DNA of 64,000 bases, taken from positions 3,424,001 through 3,488,000 of the forward strand of contig OZ243956.1 in NCBI GenBank assembly GCA_965214405.1, read 5' to 3'. The notes beneath the pieces were generated by a model. It searched no databases. It saw only the letters and a list, made by a program, of their open reading frames with translations, and was not told where the DNA came from. Positions 9,899-19,889 of this stretch are shown here, piece after piece. This DNA is from Trueperaceae bacterium (GTDB lineage: Bacteria; Deinococcota; Deinococci; Deinococcales; Trueperaceae). Within the stretch, counting starts at the first letter, position 1; every line of letters starts with the position of its first letter. Made by a program: the position numbers and the translations under genes.

Positions 9899-11311
9899 TC
9901 ACATCTTTAGCAGCAGCGCCCCGGAACGTGCGGGCAGCGTGAGCGCGTCCGTCTCCCCGGCCAGCGTGCTCAGCAGAGGGCGGTATTGGCCCTCGAGCCC
10001 CAACTCTCCAGCTTCATCACTCGTATTGAGCGCGCCCACCAAACGAGTATTATCTAAGTCCCTTGCATAAACATAAAGCCCGTCCTTCGCTTGAAGGGTC
10101 CGGAAAGTTCCGCGGCGGAGCGCCGGGTGCTCCAAACGCAGCGCGGTGAGGCGTCTGACAAACCCCAACAGAGCCTCGTTCCATTGCCCCTTCTGCTCCC
10201 AGGGCATCCCCTGACGACACTCTGGGTCGTGCCCGCCCGTTAAACCGAGTTCATCGCCGTAATAGAGGCAGGGCGTGCCCGGAAAGGTCAGGAGAAAAAG
10301 GAGTGACATCCGCAGCGCCGCCTCATCCTCACAGAGCACGGTGAGCGCCCTTGGCGTGTCATGAGAGCCCAACAGGTTGAACTGCACGTTGGTGACTTCG
10401 GGGGGATAGTGGTGGAGCAGCACCTCCACCTCCTTTGCAAACGCTTCTGCGCCTAGCGGCTCGATGTGCTGGTAGCCACAGCGCTTTATTTGCTCCTCGT
10501 CAAGTTCGCTGGCGGTAAAGCCAAAGGCGGCTCGAGTAAAGGGGTAGTTCATCACCGCGTCGAACTGGTCGCCCTGAAGCCAGTGCGAGGCGTCGTCCCA
10601 GATTTCGCCCACGATGTAACACTCCGGGTTAACCGCGCGGCAGCGTCTGCGGAACTCCCTCCAAAACGCGTCATCGCGGATTTCGTTGGGCACGTCCAGA
10701 CGCCAGGCGTCGATGCCCATGTCCAGCCAATGCGTCGCCACGTCCCACAAAAACTCGCGCACCGCGGGCGTGTCGGTGTTGAACTTGGGCAGCGCGGGCA
10801 GGTCCCACCAGGCCTCGTAGCCAAGCCCGCCGCGGCCCCCGTAGGCGTTGAGCGGGAACTTACGGACGTGAAACCAGTCGAGATAGGCGCTATGTGCGCC
10901 GTTTTCCAGGATGTCGTTGAACTGAAAAAAGCCGCGGCTGGCGTGGTTGAAAACGCCGTCGAGCATGATTTTCATGCCCCGCGCGTGGAGCGCGTCTACA
11001 AGTTCTCGCAACGCCTTGTTGCCGCCCAGCATTGGGTCCACTTGATAGTAGTCGTGGGTGTGGTAGCGGTGGTTCGAGGCGGACTGAAACACGGGGTTGA
11101 AGTAGAGCGCGGTGACGCCCAAATCCTGCAAGTAGTCAAGCCTCTCCACCACGCCCAGCAAATCGCCGCCTTTGTAGCCGTGGATGGTGGGGGGGCTCGT
11201 CCAGGGCTCGAGCTCGCTCGGTTTTTTCACGCGTTCGCTTTTGGCGAAGCGGTCGGGGAAGATTTGGTAGAACACGGCGTCGCGGACCCAGTCGGGGGTG
11301 GTGATGTTCAT
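9899..11311 (-). CDS. GH13 cyclomaltodextrinase/neopullulanase-type alpha-amylase
   Basis: YQIFPDRF, DGVFNH, WRLDVPNE, GEIW and LLGSHDT motifs. Confidence 0.92.
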   Translation of the reverse strand: MNITTPDWVRDAVFYQIFPDRFAKSERVKKPSELEPWTSPPTIHGYKGGDLLGVVERLDYLQDLGVTALYFNPVFQSASNHRYHTHDYYQVDPMLGGNKALRELVDALHARGMKIMLDGVFNHASRGFFQFNDILENGAHSAYLDWFHVRKFPLNAYGGRGGLGYEAWWDLPALPKFNTDTPAVREFLWDVATHWLDMGIDAWRLDVPNEIRDDAFWREFRRRCRAVNPECYIVGEIWDDASHWLQGDQFDAVMNYPFTRAAFGFTASELDEEQIKRCGYQHIEPLGAEAFAKEVEVLLHHYPPEVTNVQFNLLGSHDTPRALTVLCEDEAALRMSLLFLLTFPGTPCLYYGDELGLTGGHDPECRQGMPWEQKGQWNEALLGFVRRLTALRLEHPALRRGTFRTLQAKDGLYVYARDLDNTRLVGALNTSDEAGELGLEGQYRPLLSTLAGETDALTLPARSGALLLKM

Positions 11312-11429
11312 GGGTTGGTCATTCTCCTTGGGGCTGCGCGGTTGGCGCGCTGCTGTTATTTCACCATAAAGAGGAGGCGGAAAGGTGCGGCTGTTACGTG
11401 TGCAGCGCGGAATGGGAGAGGGGGCTCGA

Positions 11430-11503
11430 GGCTAACATGGTGACTTTGCACCTGTCCTCGCTCCGTTTTGGTATTTTAGAGACTGGTAAATTACGCGTTG
11501 TCT
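11430..11503 (+). other. Degenerate integron attC-like site 1
   Basis: GGCTAAC...TTTGCACC...GGTAAAT...GTTGTCT arrangement of R'', L'', L' and R' boxes. Confidence 0.55.
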
Positions 11504-11546
11504 TGCTTCTCATGCTAAAATTGGGGCGTTAAACGAGGTGAAACGA

Positions 11547-11765
11547 ATGCGGGCCACATCTCAAAATCCGGATGTTATGAGTGGGGCTTTAGTGTTTGCG
11601 GGCACTCGCGTTCCCGTCGCAACCTTCATCGACTATCTCAAAGCCGGTGAGTCTATCGACCGTTTCTTAGAGGGTTTTCCAACCGTGACACGGGAGCAAG
11701 CGGAGGCTTTTTTACAAGAAGCGCTCGAGACGATAAAGTCACGCCATGAAGCGCCTGCTGCTTGA
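11547..11765 (+). CDS. DUF433 antitoxin
   Basis: NPDVMSGALVFAGTRVPV..GESIDRFLEGFPTV. An alternative GTG start lies at 11538. Confidence 0.88.
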   Translation: MRATSQNPDVMSGALVFAGTRVPVATFIDYLKAGESIDRFLEGFPTVTREQAEAFLQEALETIKSRHEAPAA

Positions 11766-12072
11766 CGAAAACATTGACAGGATGCTCAAAGAGCTTTTCG
11801 ACAATGATTTTGAAGTTGTCACCATTGCTGAGAGAGGCTGGCAAGGCAAGAAAAACGGCGAGCTGCTTCGCCTGACAGCAAACGAGTTTGACGTTTTCGT
11901 AACGATGGACAAGAACCTAGAGTATCAGCAAAACCTGGGCGCGCTCGATTTAGCCGTCGTGGTCATCCGCGCTTACAGTAACGCGTTTGCTATTGTTTCC
12001 ACGCTCATGCCCAGAGTGAACGAAACCGTACGCACCGCAGAAATTGGTGTCGCCACCCACGTCACAACGTGA
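11746..12072 (+). CDS. DUF5615 PIN-like toxin (VapC45-like)
   Basis: MKRLLLDENI..GKKNGELL..FVTMDKNL. Overlaps the DUF433 gene. Confidence 0.85.
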   Translation: MKRLLLDENIDRMLKELFDNDFEVVTIAERGWQGKKNGELLRLTANEFDVFVTMDKNLEYQQNLGALDLAVVVIRAYSNAFAIVSTLMPRVNETVRTAEIGVATHVTT

Positions 12073-12115
12073 CTACACACTGCAAGAGACACATAATGAT
12101 GCTGTGTTGGAACGA

Positions 12116-12658
12116 ATGAACATGAACGTCATACAAATTGCGAAACGGTACGCCCTTGACCACCACGGAAAACAGTGTCGTCCGAACGCGTCCGAAGAAC
12201 CCATTGGCGTTCACTTGGCAGAAGTAAGCAGCTACGTCATTGATGAAGGTGTCTCTGAATCCGTGGTGGCGGCAGCGTGGCTGCATGACGTGGTTGAAGA
12301 CACTGAAGTCACGCTTGACATGATTGGGCGCGAATTTGGCGAGCCCGTTCGCTGCCTTGTTGCCGGACTAACCGACCCCAAAGACTTTTCCGCGCTGCCA
12401 CTCGAGAAAAGAAAGCCAAGGCAGGCAAAAAGATTGGCTACACTGACAGATGACGTAAAAATCATAAAACTAGCCGATCAAATTTCCAACCTAAAGTCGG
12501 TAATTTTTGATCCGCCGCTGGATTGGGATTCAGAGAAGTGCCTGCGGTACATCCAAGGTGCAACGTCGGTTGCGAACGTGTGCCAAGGATTATCAAAACG
12601 CTTGGACGATTTGGTTTTGACGTACCGCAACGTAGCCGCCGAGAAGTACGGTCTGTAG
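12116..12658 (+). CDS. Stand-alone HD-domain (p)ppGpp hydrolase-like protein (Mesh1/SAH family)
   Basis: HGKQ.R, HLAEV, AAWLHDVVEDT and KLADQISN motifs, with no synthetase domain. Confidence 0.8.
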   Translation: MNMNVIQIAKRYALDHHGKQCRPNASEEPIGVHLAEVSSYVIDEGVSESVVAAAWLHDVVEDTEVTLDMIGREFGEPVRCLVAGLTDPKDFSALPLEKRKPRQAKRLATLTDDVKIIKLADQISNLKSVIFDPPLDWDSEKCLRYIQGATSVANVCQGLSKRLDDLVLTYRNVAAEKYGL

Positions 12659-12716
12659 TCCAACAGAACAATGCACCGGACGCTCCAACAGGCACTGGTG
12701 ATCCTTAGCGTTATTC
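12658..12716 (+). other. Integron attC site (59 bp)
   Basis: GTCCAAC (RYYYAAC)-5 nt-AATGCACCGG...CTGGTGAT-spacer-GTTATTC. Starts at the HD gene stop. Imperfect inverted repeat with the expected bulged base in L''. Confidence 0.75.
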
Positions 12717-14207
12717 CGGCTTGAGCAGCGGAAACAAAATTACATCCCGGATGCTGGGCGCGTCCGCCAAGAGCATCACCAGGCGGTCAATACCCAAGCC
12801 CAACCCGCCCGTCGGCGGCATCCCGTACTCCAAGGCGGTCAAGAAATCCTCATCGAGTGCGTGCGCCTCTTCGTCGCCAGCCTCGCGTAAAGATTGCTGA
12901 AGCTCGAAGCGCTCGCGCTGGTCTAGGGGGTCGTTGAGTTCGGAAAACGCGTTGCCGAGTTCCATCCCTACGCAAACGGGCTCGAAGCGTTCGACCAGGC
13001 CGGGCCTCGAGCGGTGCCGCTTAGCCAGCGGACTAATCGCCAGCGGGTGGTCCATGACAAAAACCGGACCCTGCAAGTGGGGTTCTACGTAGATGTCATA
13101 GAGCTTGTCGTAAATTCCGTTGATGGGCGCGTCGGCGAGTGCTTCACCGTTATTCTTGGGACCGTCTTTGGGCGCGTGATGTTCACGTACCCAGGCGCGC
13201 AGCTTTGCCTCGTCCAGGGGGTCAAAGTTGAGTCCAGCGCGCGCCGCGAGTTCGCCCGTGTAGTCAACGCGCCCCCAGGGCTTGCTAAAGTCGAGTGTGA
13301 CGCCCTGATAGGTGAGGGTCGTGGAACCTGTCAGCTCCTCCACCAGACGGCTATACATATCTTCGACAAGTTCCAGAATATCCAAATAATCCTTGCCTGC
13401 CCAGTAGAGTTCCAACATGGTGTACTCAGGATTATGTTTGTAAGAAATGCCCTCGTTACGAAAGTTGCGCCCGATCTCAAAAACCGCCTCAAAGCCGCCC
13501 ACGATAAGGCGCTTGAGGTAGAGTTCTAAAGAAATCCGCAGGTGAAAGTCATAGTCGAGCGCGTTGTGGTGCGTGTTAAAGGGCCGCGCCTCGGCCCCGC
13601 CGGGCACGCTCTGCAAGACGGGCGTTTCGACTTCTAAAAAGCCCAAGTCTTCTAAGTAACGCCGGATGTAAGACACTGCCTTGGAGCGCAGCACGAACGC
13701 GCGCTTGACTTCAGGATTGACCATCAAGTCCAGATAGCGCTGGCGGTAGCGCTGCTCTTTGTCGGCTAGGCCGTGGTACTTGTCAGGCAGGGGCCGCAGC
13801 GACTTGACGAGCGGGCGGAAGTCCGTGGCCCTGACCGTCAATTCGCCCGTTTGGGTCATAAAAAGCGGGCCGGTGACCTCGAGCCAGTCGCCGATGTCCA
13901 CCTTTTTGAGCGCGTTGTAACGCGGTAGCGCGTCCTTTTGAAAGTACGCCTGGATGGTCCCCGACGCGTCTTGCAGGGTCACAAAGGTCACCTTGCCCAT
14001 CAGCCGCACCGTCATGGCGCGGCCCGCCACTGTCACGGTTTCGTCCGTCTCGTCACCCGCCGCCGCGCCTTCGTACCGTTCTTGTAACTCGGCGGCCTGG
14101 TGGCTCGCGCGAAAATCATAAGGGTAGGCCTCGAACCCCCGCTCCACGAGAGAAGCCAGGTTTTTGAGGCGCTGTTCGCGTTGTTCGTTAAGGGATTTTT
14201 GGGTCAT
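12711..14207 (-). CDS. lysS: Lysine--tRNA ligase, class II
   Basis: [18 protein letters not shown] and [16 protein letters not shown] motifs. Confidence 0.97.
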   Translation of the reverse strand: MTQKSLNEQREQRLKNLASLVERGFEAYPYDFRASHQAAELQERYEGAAAGDETDETVTVAGRAMTVRLMGKVTFVTLQDASGTIQAYFQKDALPRYNALKKVDIGDWLEVTGPLFMTQTGELTVRATDFRPLVKSLRPLPDKYHGLADKEQRYRQRYLDLMVNPEVKRAFVLRSKAVSYIRRYLEDLGFLEVETPVLQSVPGGAEARPFNTHHNALDYDFHLRISLELYLKRLIVGGFEAVFEIGRNFRNEGISYKHNPEYTMLELYWAGKDYLDILELVEDMYSRLVEELTGSTTLTYQGVTLDFSKPWGRVDYTGELAARAGLNFDPLDEAKLRAWVREHHAPKDGPKNNGEALADAPINGIYDKLYDIYVEPHLQGPVFVMDHPLAISPLAKRHRSRPGLVERFEPVCVGMELGNAFSELNDPLDQRERFELQQSLREAGDEEAHALDEDFLTALEYGMPPTGGLGLGIDRLVMLLADAPSIRDVILFPLLKPE

Positions 14208-14320
14208 GATAGTGGGTATCATCCAGTTTGGGAAAGATTTGGTTGATGCGTTGCTGTCCAAAGCTTAGTAGATGAGATGATGCACACGCCCAGCCAACTC
14301 AGCATTCGCAGACATCCCCT

Positions 14321-14782
14321 TCAGCTTATCGCCACGACCTTATACTCGGTCGTTTTGTTGTTGATCGTCACCTTGAAGCTGTCGCCCGGTTTGCGGCCCA
14401 CGAGCGCCTTGCCTAAGGGTGACTCGTCGGAGATGCGGGGGATGTCGCCCTCCAAAACGCCCGCCTCGACGGGGGACACGAGCTGCACGTCGAAACCGTC
14501 CGCGCCGCTCGGTTGCAGCGTGACGACCGCGCCAAGGTCGACCTTGTCGTGCTCGTGCGCCTCGATGATGTGCGCGCGCTCGAGCTGGTCCTCAAGATCA
14601 TCAATGCGGTTCTCGATGCGCGCCTTTTCGCTCTTGGCGTCTTCCAAACCTGAGTCGTCGTAATCATCCGAAGAGCCGGTGAGTTCGCGTAAAATACGCG
14701 TCGCCTCGTCCAGGCGTCTGCGCTCTTTTTCCAACGTGCCTTGCAAACGGTCATACCCTTCTTGTGTCAGGCGTATCGCCAT
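14321..14782 (-). CDS. greA: GreA/GreB family transcription factor
   Basis: LTQEGY, acidic coiled-coil tip DDYDDSG, and ISDESPLGKALVG. Confidence 0.85.
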   Translation of the reverse strand: MAIRLTQEGYDRLQGTLEKERRRLDEATRILRELTGSSDDYDDSGLEDAKSEKARIENRIDDLEDQLERAHIIEAHEHDKVDLGAVVTLQPSGADGFDVQLVSPVEAGVLEGDIPRISDESPLGKALVGRKPGDSFKVTINNKTTEYKVVAIS

Positions 14783-15048
14783 ATGAACCTCCTAAGCCTC
14801 ATTTTTTATCTAAGTCTTGTCCCTGGTCTTGTGTGGTCGTGACGGCGCGCCCCTTGAGGACGGCTCACGCTAAAAGTACCGTAGCGCGCTTATTGTAGCC
14901 CAAAAAAGGTCGCCGTGCTAGACGTTGGAGAACAGGAGAACAGGTGTCGGGATGGGAAGTCACCCAACCTACACCAAGTCCCAACGCCCGGTGAGGCAAA
15001 CGTGGCATCTCTCTCACCACACAAGAGGTGAAAATCATAGACTCAGGT

Positions 15049-16875
15049 ATGCAAAAGCGTTTTGCTCTTGGTACGGCTCTTCTCATAGCAGGTGCTCTCT
15101 GGCTCGGCGTGTGGCTGGCGCTGCCAACCTTTGGGCAGGTGCGCGTGCCGATGCCCGCGGTTCGCGCCGTCGTCTCGGACCCCTACGACGACCCGCTGCT
15201 GTGGCCCTACGGGCGCTACCGCGACGCGCTGTTGGCGGGGGATACGGTGGCCTTAGTCGCGCTTTTAGACGAGGTGCGGGGGACATACCTTGAGTACCGC
15301 ACGCTGCTGACGCTGGCGAGCCTCCCCGGTGAGGACGCCGCCAGGCGCGCCCGGTGGTACAGCCGCGCGCTCCTTCTCCCGCCCGACGACCCGCTGGCGC
15401 GCGCCGACACGAGAGCGCACTGGTTGGAAGCCGCCGGGTTGTTCGAGGCGGCGGGGGAGACCGAGGATGCGGTTCAGGCCTACACAAAGGCGCTCCCTCG
15501 AGCCGAGGCGGTGCGCGGGTTGCAGAGGCTCGAGACGCGCCCGCTGGTCCTTGCCAACATCTTTTTGGACGCGCGGCAGTACAGAAACGCGCTTCATGCG
15601 CTTGACGGGGCGGACGCGCCCTCTCTCGCGGCCCCCGCCTACCGCGCGCTGGGCGAGCATGAAAGCGCCTTGGACGCGTTTGAGCGCTGGCTGCTAGAGG
15701 ACCCCACGAACGAGACCGCCCTTGGAGGCCGCGCCTGGACGCTCCTGTCGCTGGGCCGCAACGCGGAGGCGGCGGTCGCGTTTGCGGCGCTCGGCGGTCC
15801 CGACGCGCTCTACGGCGAGGGTATCTTGGCCCGCCGCGCGGGTGACTTAGACGGGGCGGTGCGCCTACTCAGAGAGAGCGGCGACCCCAAAAATCTCTGG
15901 GTCGCCACCGACTTGCTAGAGAGCAGCGGACGTCAAAAAGAAGCCGTCGACGTTTATCTCCAACTCGCGGGGCTCGAGTCCAGTTACGCCGCCGAGGCCG
16001 CCTACCGCGCGCTCGTCTTGGCCGAGCGTTCCGGCGACGCGCTCGCGGCGGCTCGAGCCGAGGCGCTGCTGCCGCCCGACTCTTACTTAGGGCTCAAGCG
16101 CGGGCGGGTGCTGGGGCTGCCCCAGACCACCCGCTTGCCCACCGTCACCCCGCCCGTGCTGGCGCTCGCCAACGCGCTCGCCAAGGTGAACGACCAGGAG
16201 GCGGCGGTGGGCGAACTCTTATTTGCTCTTAAAGACGCGTCCGACGAGGCCACGAGTGTGGCGGTCGCCGAGCGGCTGCAACTTTTCGGCGAGTACCGCC
16301 AGAGCGGTCGCGCCGCCGAGGGCTGGCTGTCGGGGGGTTCTCAGAACCTTCGCACCTGGGAGCTGGCCTACCCCCGCGCGTATCCGGACATCGTGGGGCT
16401 CGAGGCCACGCGCCAAAACGTCCCGCCCGAACTCATCTGGGCCGTGATGCGTCAGGAGTCGCGCTTTTACCCCCAGGCGGTCTCGCGCTCCAACGCCAAA
16501 GGGCTCATGCAGTTCATCCCTTCCACCTGGGACTGGGTGGCCGAACTTCTCAAAGAAGCGCCGGGCGACCCCTTTACACCTGCAGACAATATCCGCTACG
16601 GCGCGTTCTACCTGCGCTACTTGCTCGACTACTTCGGCGGTGATCTAGAACTCGCCGTTCCGGCCTACAACGGCGGTCAGGGGCGGGTGCGCCGCCTTTT
16701 CGAGGGTGACACAATTAGAGGCAACAAAGACGACTTCTACCGTTTTATCGACGCCCCCGAGACGCGCGACTATTTGCAGCAGGTCATGCTCAACTACGAG
16801 GTCTATAAGAGCCTCTACGGCGGGATCTCTGAACGCGCCGAAGGAACCGCGGGCAACGCTCTTAAGACGCCCTGA
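15049..16875 (+). CDS. Soluble lytic transglycosylase (Slt-like, TPR plus SLT domain)
   Basis: MRQESRF, GLMQF, AYNGG and ETRDY motifs. N-terminal signal or membrane anchor. Confidence 0.9.
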   Translation: MQKRFALGTALLIAGALWLGVWLALPTFGQVRVPMPAVRAVVSDPYDDPLLWPYGRYRDALLAGDTVALVALLDEVRGTYLEYRTLLTLASLPGEDAARRARWYSRALLLPPDDPLARADTRAHWLEAAGLFEAAGETEDAVQAYTKALPRAEAVRGLQRLETRPLVLANIFLDARQYRNALHALDGADAPSLAAPAYRALGEHESALDAFERWLLEDPTNETALGGRAWTLLSLGRNAEAAVAFAALGGPDALYGEGILARRAGDLDGAVRLLRESGDPKNLWVATDLLESSGRQKEAVDVYLQLAGLESSYAAEAAYRALVLAERSGDALAAARAEALLPPDSYLGLKRGRVLGLPQTTRLPTVTPPVLALANALAKVNDQEAAVGELLFALKDASDEATSVAVAERLQLFGEYRQSGRAAEGWLSGGSQNLRTWELAYPRAYPDIVGLEATRQNVPPELIWAVMRQESRFYPQAVSRSNAKGLMQFIPSTWDWVAELLKEAPGDPFTPADNIRYGAFYLRYLLDYFGGDLELAVPAYNGGQGRVRRLFEGDTIRGNKDDFYRFIDAPETRDYLQQVMLNYEVYKSLYGGISERAEGTAGNALKTP

Positions 16876-16962
16876 GTGTGTAACCAGCAAAGAGCTACTG
16901 TTAAACGATGTCCGAACGGTTTCGGAGATGACGGTCTGACCCTCGACCGGGTAAGATGAGGT

Positions 16963-17365
16963 GTGGCGAACCGTGCAAATGACCGGCTGCAACAAGCGGA
17001 ACGCGACCTTGCGCAAGCTGGAGCGTCAGAAGAGGCGGGTAGATTTGAGTAGGCCTGCTTTGCCGCTCACCAAGCGGCTGAAAAGGCGGTCAAGGCGCTC
17101 CACCTGAGTCAGGGACAAGAGGCCTGAGGCCTGGGGTCATGTTGTGGCGAAGTTGCTGACCGAGCTGCCACAAACGCTCGAGCTGCCCAACCTGTTGGTA
17201 GACAAAGCGCGCGTTCTGGATAATTTCTACATCCCTACACGTTACCCGGACAGTCACAGCGAAGGTGCGCCCTTCAAGCACTACGGCCCATTACAAAGTG
17301 GGGAGGCTCTACGGTATGCCGGTGAAATCCTCTCATTCGTCCGTAGTCGTTTGGCCGAAGCGTGA
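16963..17365 (+). pseudogene. HEPN-domain toxin pseudogene
   Basis: AERDL..E*ACFAAHQAAEKAVKA..LDNFYIPTRYP. Internal TAG at 17050 and a 7-bp duplication GAGGCCT at 17119-17132. Confidence 0.88.
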
Positions 17366-17710
17366 AGCGGTCCACCGCGCGCTTCACGCTTGGGCAAAGG
17401 ATTGGCGGAAGAGCAGAAAAATCTTTTGGCGGTGGGGTACTTTGGTTCCTACGCGAGGGGCGACTACGGGGTGGGCAGCGACCTCGACCTCGTCGTGCTC
17501 CTTACCCATTCCGACGAGCCTCCCGAGCGTCGTGCGCTGAACTGGCCTTTGGAAACCCTTCCGGTGGGCGTTGATGTTCTGGTTTACACGCAAGGGGAGT
17601 GGCAACTAGGCGTACAAAAGGGTACACGCACTTTCAACATGTTGGGGGCAACGACTGTGTGGGTGTGGGGCGAGGCACCTCACTCTTTTGCCGAGAGCGC
17701 GTCGTCGTAG
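17316..17710 (+). pseudogene. Minimal nucleotidyltransferase (MNT) antitoxin, frameshifted
   Basis: MPVKSSHSSV..WP..WAK, then a frame change near 17397 into GYFGSYARGDYGVGSDLDL. Confidence 0.8.
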
Positions 17711-18771
17711 ACGGCGCGCGTCTTTTTCAGCATACGCTCCAGTCCAAAATGGGCTTCAAAGCGCCTGCGCCCTTCCGCGCCCAAATGCGCTCTTAGTTCG
17801 GAATTTTTCAGCAACAGCTCGAGCCGCTTACGCAACGTCGCCGCGTCCCCCCGCGGCACCAAAAACCCCGTCTCGCCCTCTCCCACCGCCTCGCGCACCC
17901 CGCCCACGTCCGAGGCGATGACCGGCAGCCCCGCGCGCATGGCCTCCAAAATGCTGATGGGGAAGCCTTCCCACTTGGTCGGCAGAACGAACACGTGCGA
18001 CCGCGCTAGCAGGTCGGGAACGTCGTCTCGTGTGCCTAAAAAGGTGACGTTACGAAGCCCCAGCGTGCGCGCGTGCGCCTCGGCCTGCGGTCTGCCGGGA
18101 CCGTCGCCGACCAGCAGGAGGCGGTAAGTGCTTGGGTCTATTTCTGTAAGGGCCTCGAGCAAAAGGTGAGGGTCTTTTTGCGGCACAAATCTGGCGACCA
18201 TGATGACGGTTGGAGGGTTGCTCTCCGGGGCTGCGCGCTCCGGCGTGTCGGGGACGCCGTTATGAATGGTGGCGAGCGCTTCGGGTCTCGCCACCCGGTA
18301 GCGCAGCGCCAGCCGCCGGTCGGCCTCCGATACGGTGATGATCTTTTGCGTCCACTTAGCGGCCACCCACTCGCTCAAGAGCACGACGTTCTTGCGCCGC
18401 CACGGCACGCCGTCGGTAAACCCCCAGCCGTGCGCGGTAAACACCGCCGGGACGCCCGCGCGGCGCGCCGCGACGCGGCCAATCAGCCCGGCTTTAGATG
18501 AGTGAAGATGGACTAGGTCGGGCTTGACGCTCCTGACGCAGCATAGGGCCTCCTCGACCGCTCGAGCGTCTTTGGCGAGGGCGATGGGTCTAACCAGGCT
18601 GGGGAGGATGTGAACCGGCACCCCCAGCGCCCTCGCCTGCCGCGTCAGCACGCCCTCTTCTCCCGTGGCTAAGCTTACGTCCAGTTCATCCCGAAAGCCT
18701 TGCAGCAGGGTTCCGACGTGGCCTGGCGCGCCGCCGTGTTCGGCTCTGGTGATGACGTAAAGAACTTTCAA
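17680..18771 (-). CDS. Glycosyltransferase family 4
   Basis: HLHSSKAG and EGFPISILEAM motifs. TTG start overlaps the upstream stop. Confidence 0.92.
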   Translation of the reverse strand: MKVLYVITRAEHGGAPGHVGTLLQGFRDELDVSLATGEEGVLTRQARALGVPVHILPSLVRPIALAKDARAVEEALCCVRSVKPDLVHLHSSKAGLIGRVAARRAGVPAVFTAHGWGFTDGVPWRRKNVVLLSEWVAAKWTQKIITVSEADRRLALRYRVARPEALATIHNGVPDTPERAAPESNPPTVIMVARFVPQKDPHLLLEALTEIDPSTYRLLLVGDGPGRPQAEAHARTLGLRNVTFLGTRDDVPDLLARSHVFVLPTKWEGFPISILEAMRAGLPVIASDVGGVREAVGEGETGFLVPRGDAATLRKRLELLLKNSELRAHLGAEGRRRFEAHFGLERMLKKTRAVYDDALSAKE

Positions 18772-19889
18772 AAGATTCCTTTGCGGGCCAAAAGCTCGGT
18801 GTAAAGTTCTTCCCAAAGGTCGACGACGCGGCCCAGGGCGTAGGTTGCTTCGATGTGGGCTCGACCGGCCTCGCCCATGCGTTTGCGCGCCGACTCCGGC
18901 AGACGCACAAGGCGTTTCACCGCGTCGGCCAAGGCGGATGGATTTCTCGGCGGCACCAAAAAACCGCCGCGGCCACCTCCCAGCAGTTCCGCCGCGCCGC
19001 CGACCTCGGTTGCCACCACAGGTTTCGCCGCGGCGAGCGCCTCCATCATAACGTTGGGTAGGCCCTCCCAGGACGAAGAGAGCACAAGCGCGTCGGCAGC
19101 TTTCAAGAGGTCGGGCACGTCCTCTCTAAAGCCGAGAAAGGTGACGCGCTTTTCCAGGCCGAGACGCTGCGCGCGCGCCTCGAGCGCCCCCCGTTCCGCC
19201 CCTTCGCCCGCGATAACGAGCTTGACCGGCAACCCGGAGAGTTCTCCAAAGGCGGCGAGCAGCGTCGGGTAGTCCTTTTGCGGCTGCAACCGTCCCGCGG
19301 CGAGCCAAAGAAAGACGTCGGGGCCAACGGAGAGCGCCCGCCGCACCGCCTCTCTGCTCTCGCCCGGCGTGGGGAGCAACACACCGTTGGGAATCACCCG
19401 GAGGCGACGCGCGGATACCACGCCCCGCGCCACAAGTTGCCTTGCGACCCGTTCTGAGTTGGTGGTCGTCACATCGGCGAGAGCGTCCGTAAGGCGCATC
19501 GCGCGGTCTCGCCACGCGCCGCCAAAGCTTTCGTTTCTAACCGACGAGACGACGACCGGCACCCCGGCGAGGCGTCCTGCCGAGCGTCCAAGCAGGTTGG
19601 CGTGAAAGAGAAAAGAGCATAAAAGGGCAGGTCGGAGTGTTTGCAAGAGGGTAACGAGTTTGTACAAGGCGCGGGGGTCGGGGACGCCCGGCGTCATCTC
19701 GAGCGACGTGACGCCGACCCCCGCCGCCCTGAGTTCCGGCACAAAGGCTCGAGGCGGGCGCATCGACACGACGTGAACGGTCCAGCCGCGCGCCCTTAGC
19801 TCAACCGCAAGCCGGACAAGCTGCGTTTCCGCGCCGCCATACATCAGGCCGGTCACAAGCAGGACGATACCTCTACGCTTAATGGTCAC
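18768..19889 (-). CDS. Glycosyltransferase family 4
   Basis: GGAETQL and EGLPNVMMEA motifs. Confidence 0.92.
   Translation of the reverse strand: MTIKRRGIVLLVTGLMYGGAETQLVRLAVELRARGWTVHVVSMRPPRAFVPELRAAGVGVTSLEMTPGVPDPRALYKLVTLLQTLRPALLCSFLFHANLLGRSAGRLAGVPVVVSSVRNESFGGAWRDRAMRLTDALADVTTTNSERVARQLVARGVVSARRLRVIPNGVLLPTPGESREAVRRALSVGPDVFLWLAAGRLQPQKDYPTLLAAFGELSGLPVKLVIAGEGAERGALEARAQRLGLEKRVTFLGFREDVPDLLKAADALVLSSSWEGLPNVMMEALAAAKPVVATEVGGAAELLGGGRGGFLVPPRNPSALADAVKRLVRLPESARKRMGEAGRAHIEATYALGRVVDLWEELYTELLARKGIF

Noticed and set aside
10466..11443. 325-aa ORF on the + strand
   Set aside because: Antisense to the well-supported GH13 gene. Long shadow ORFs are expected at this GC content.
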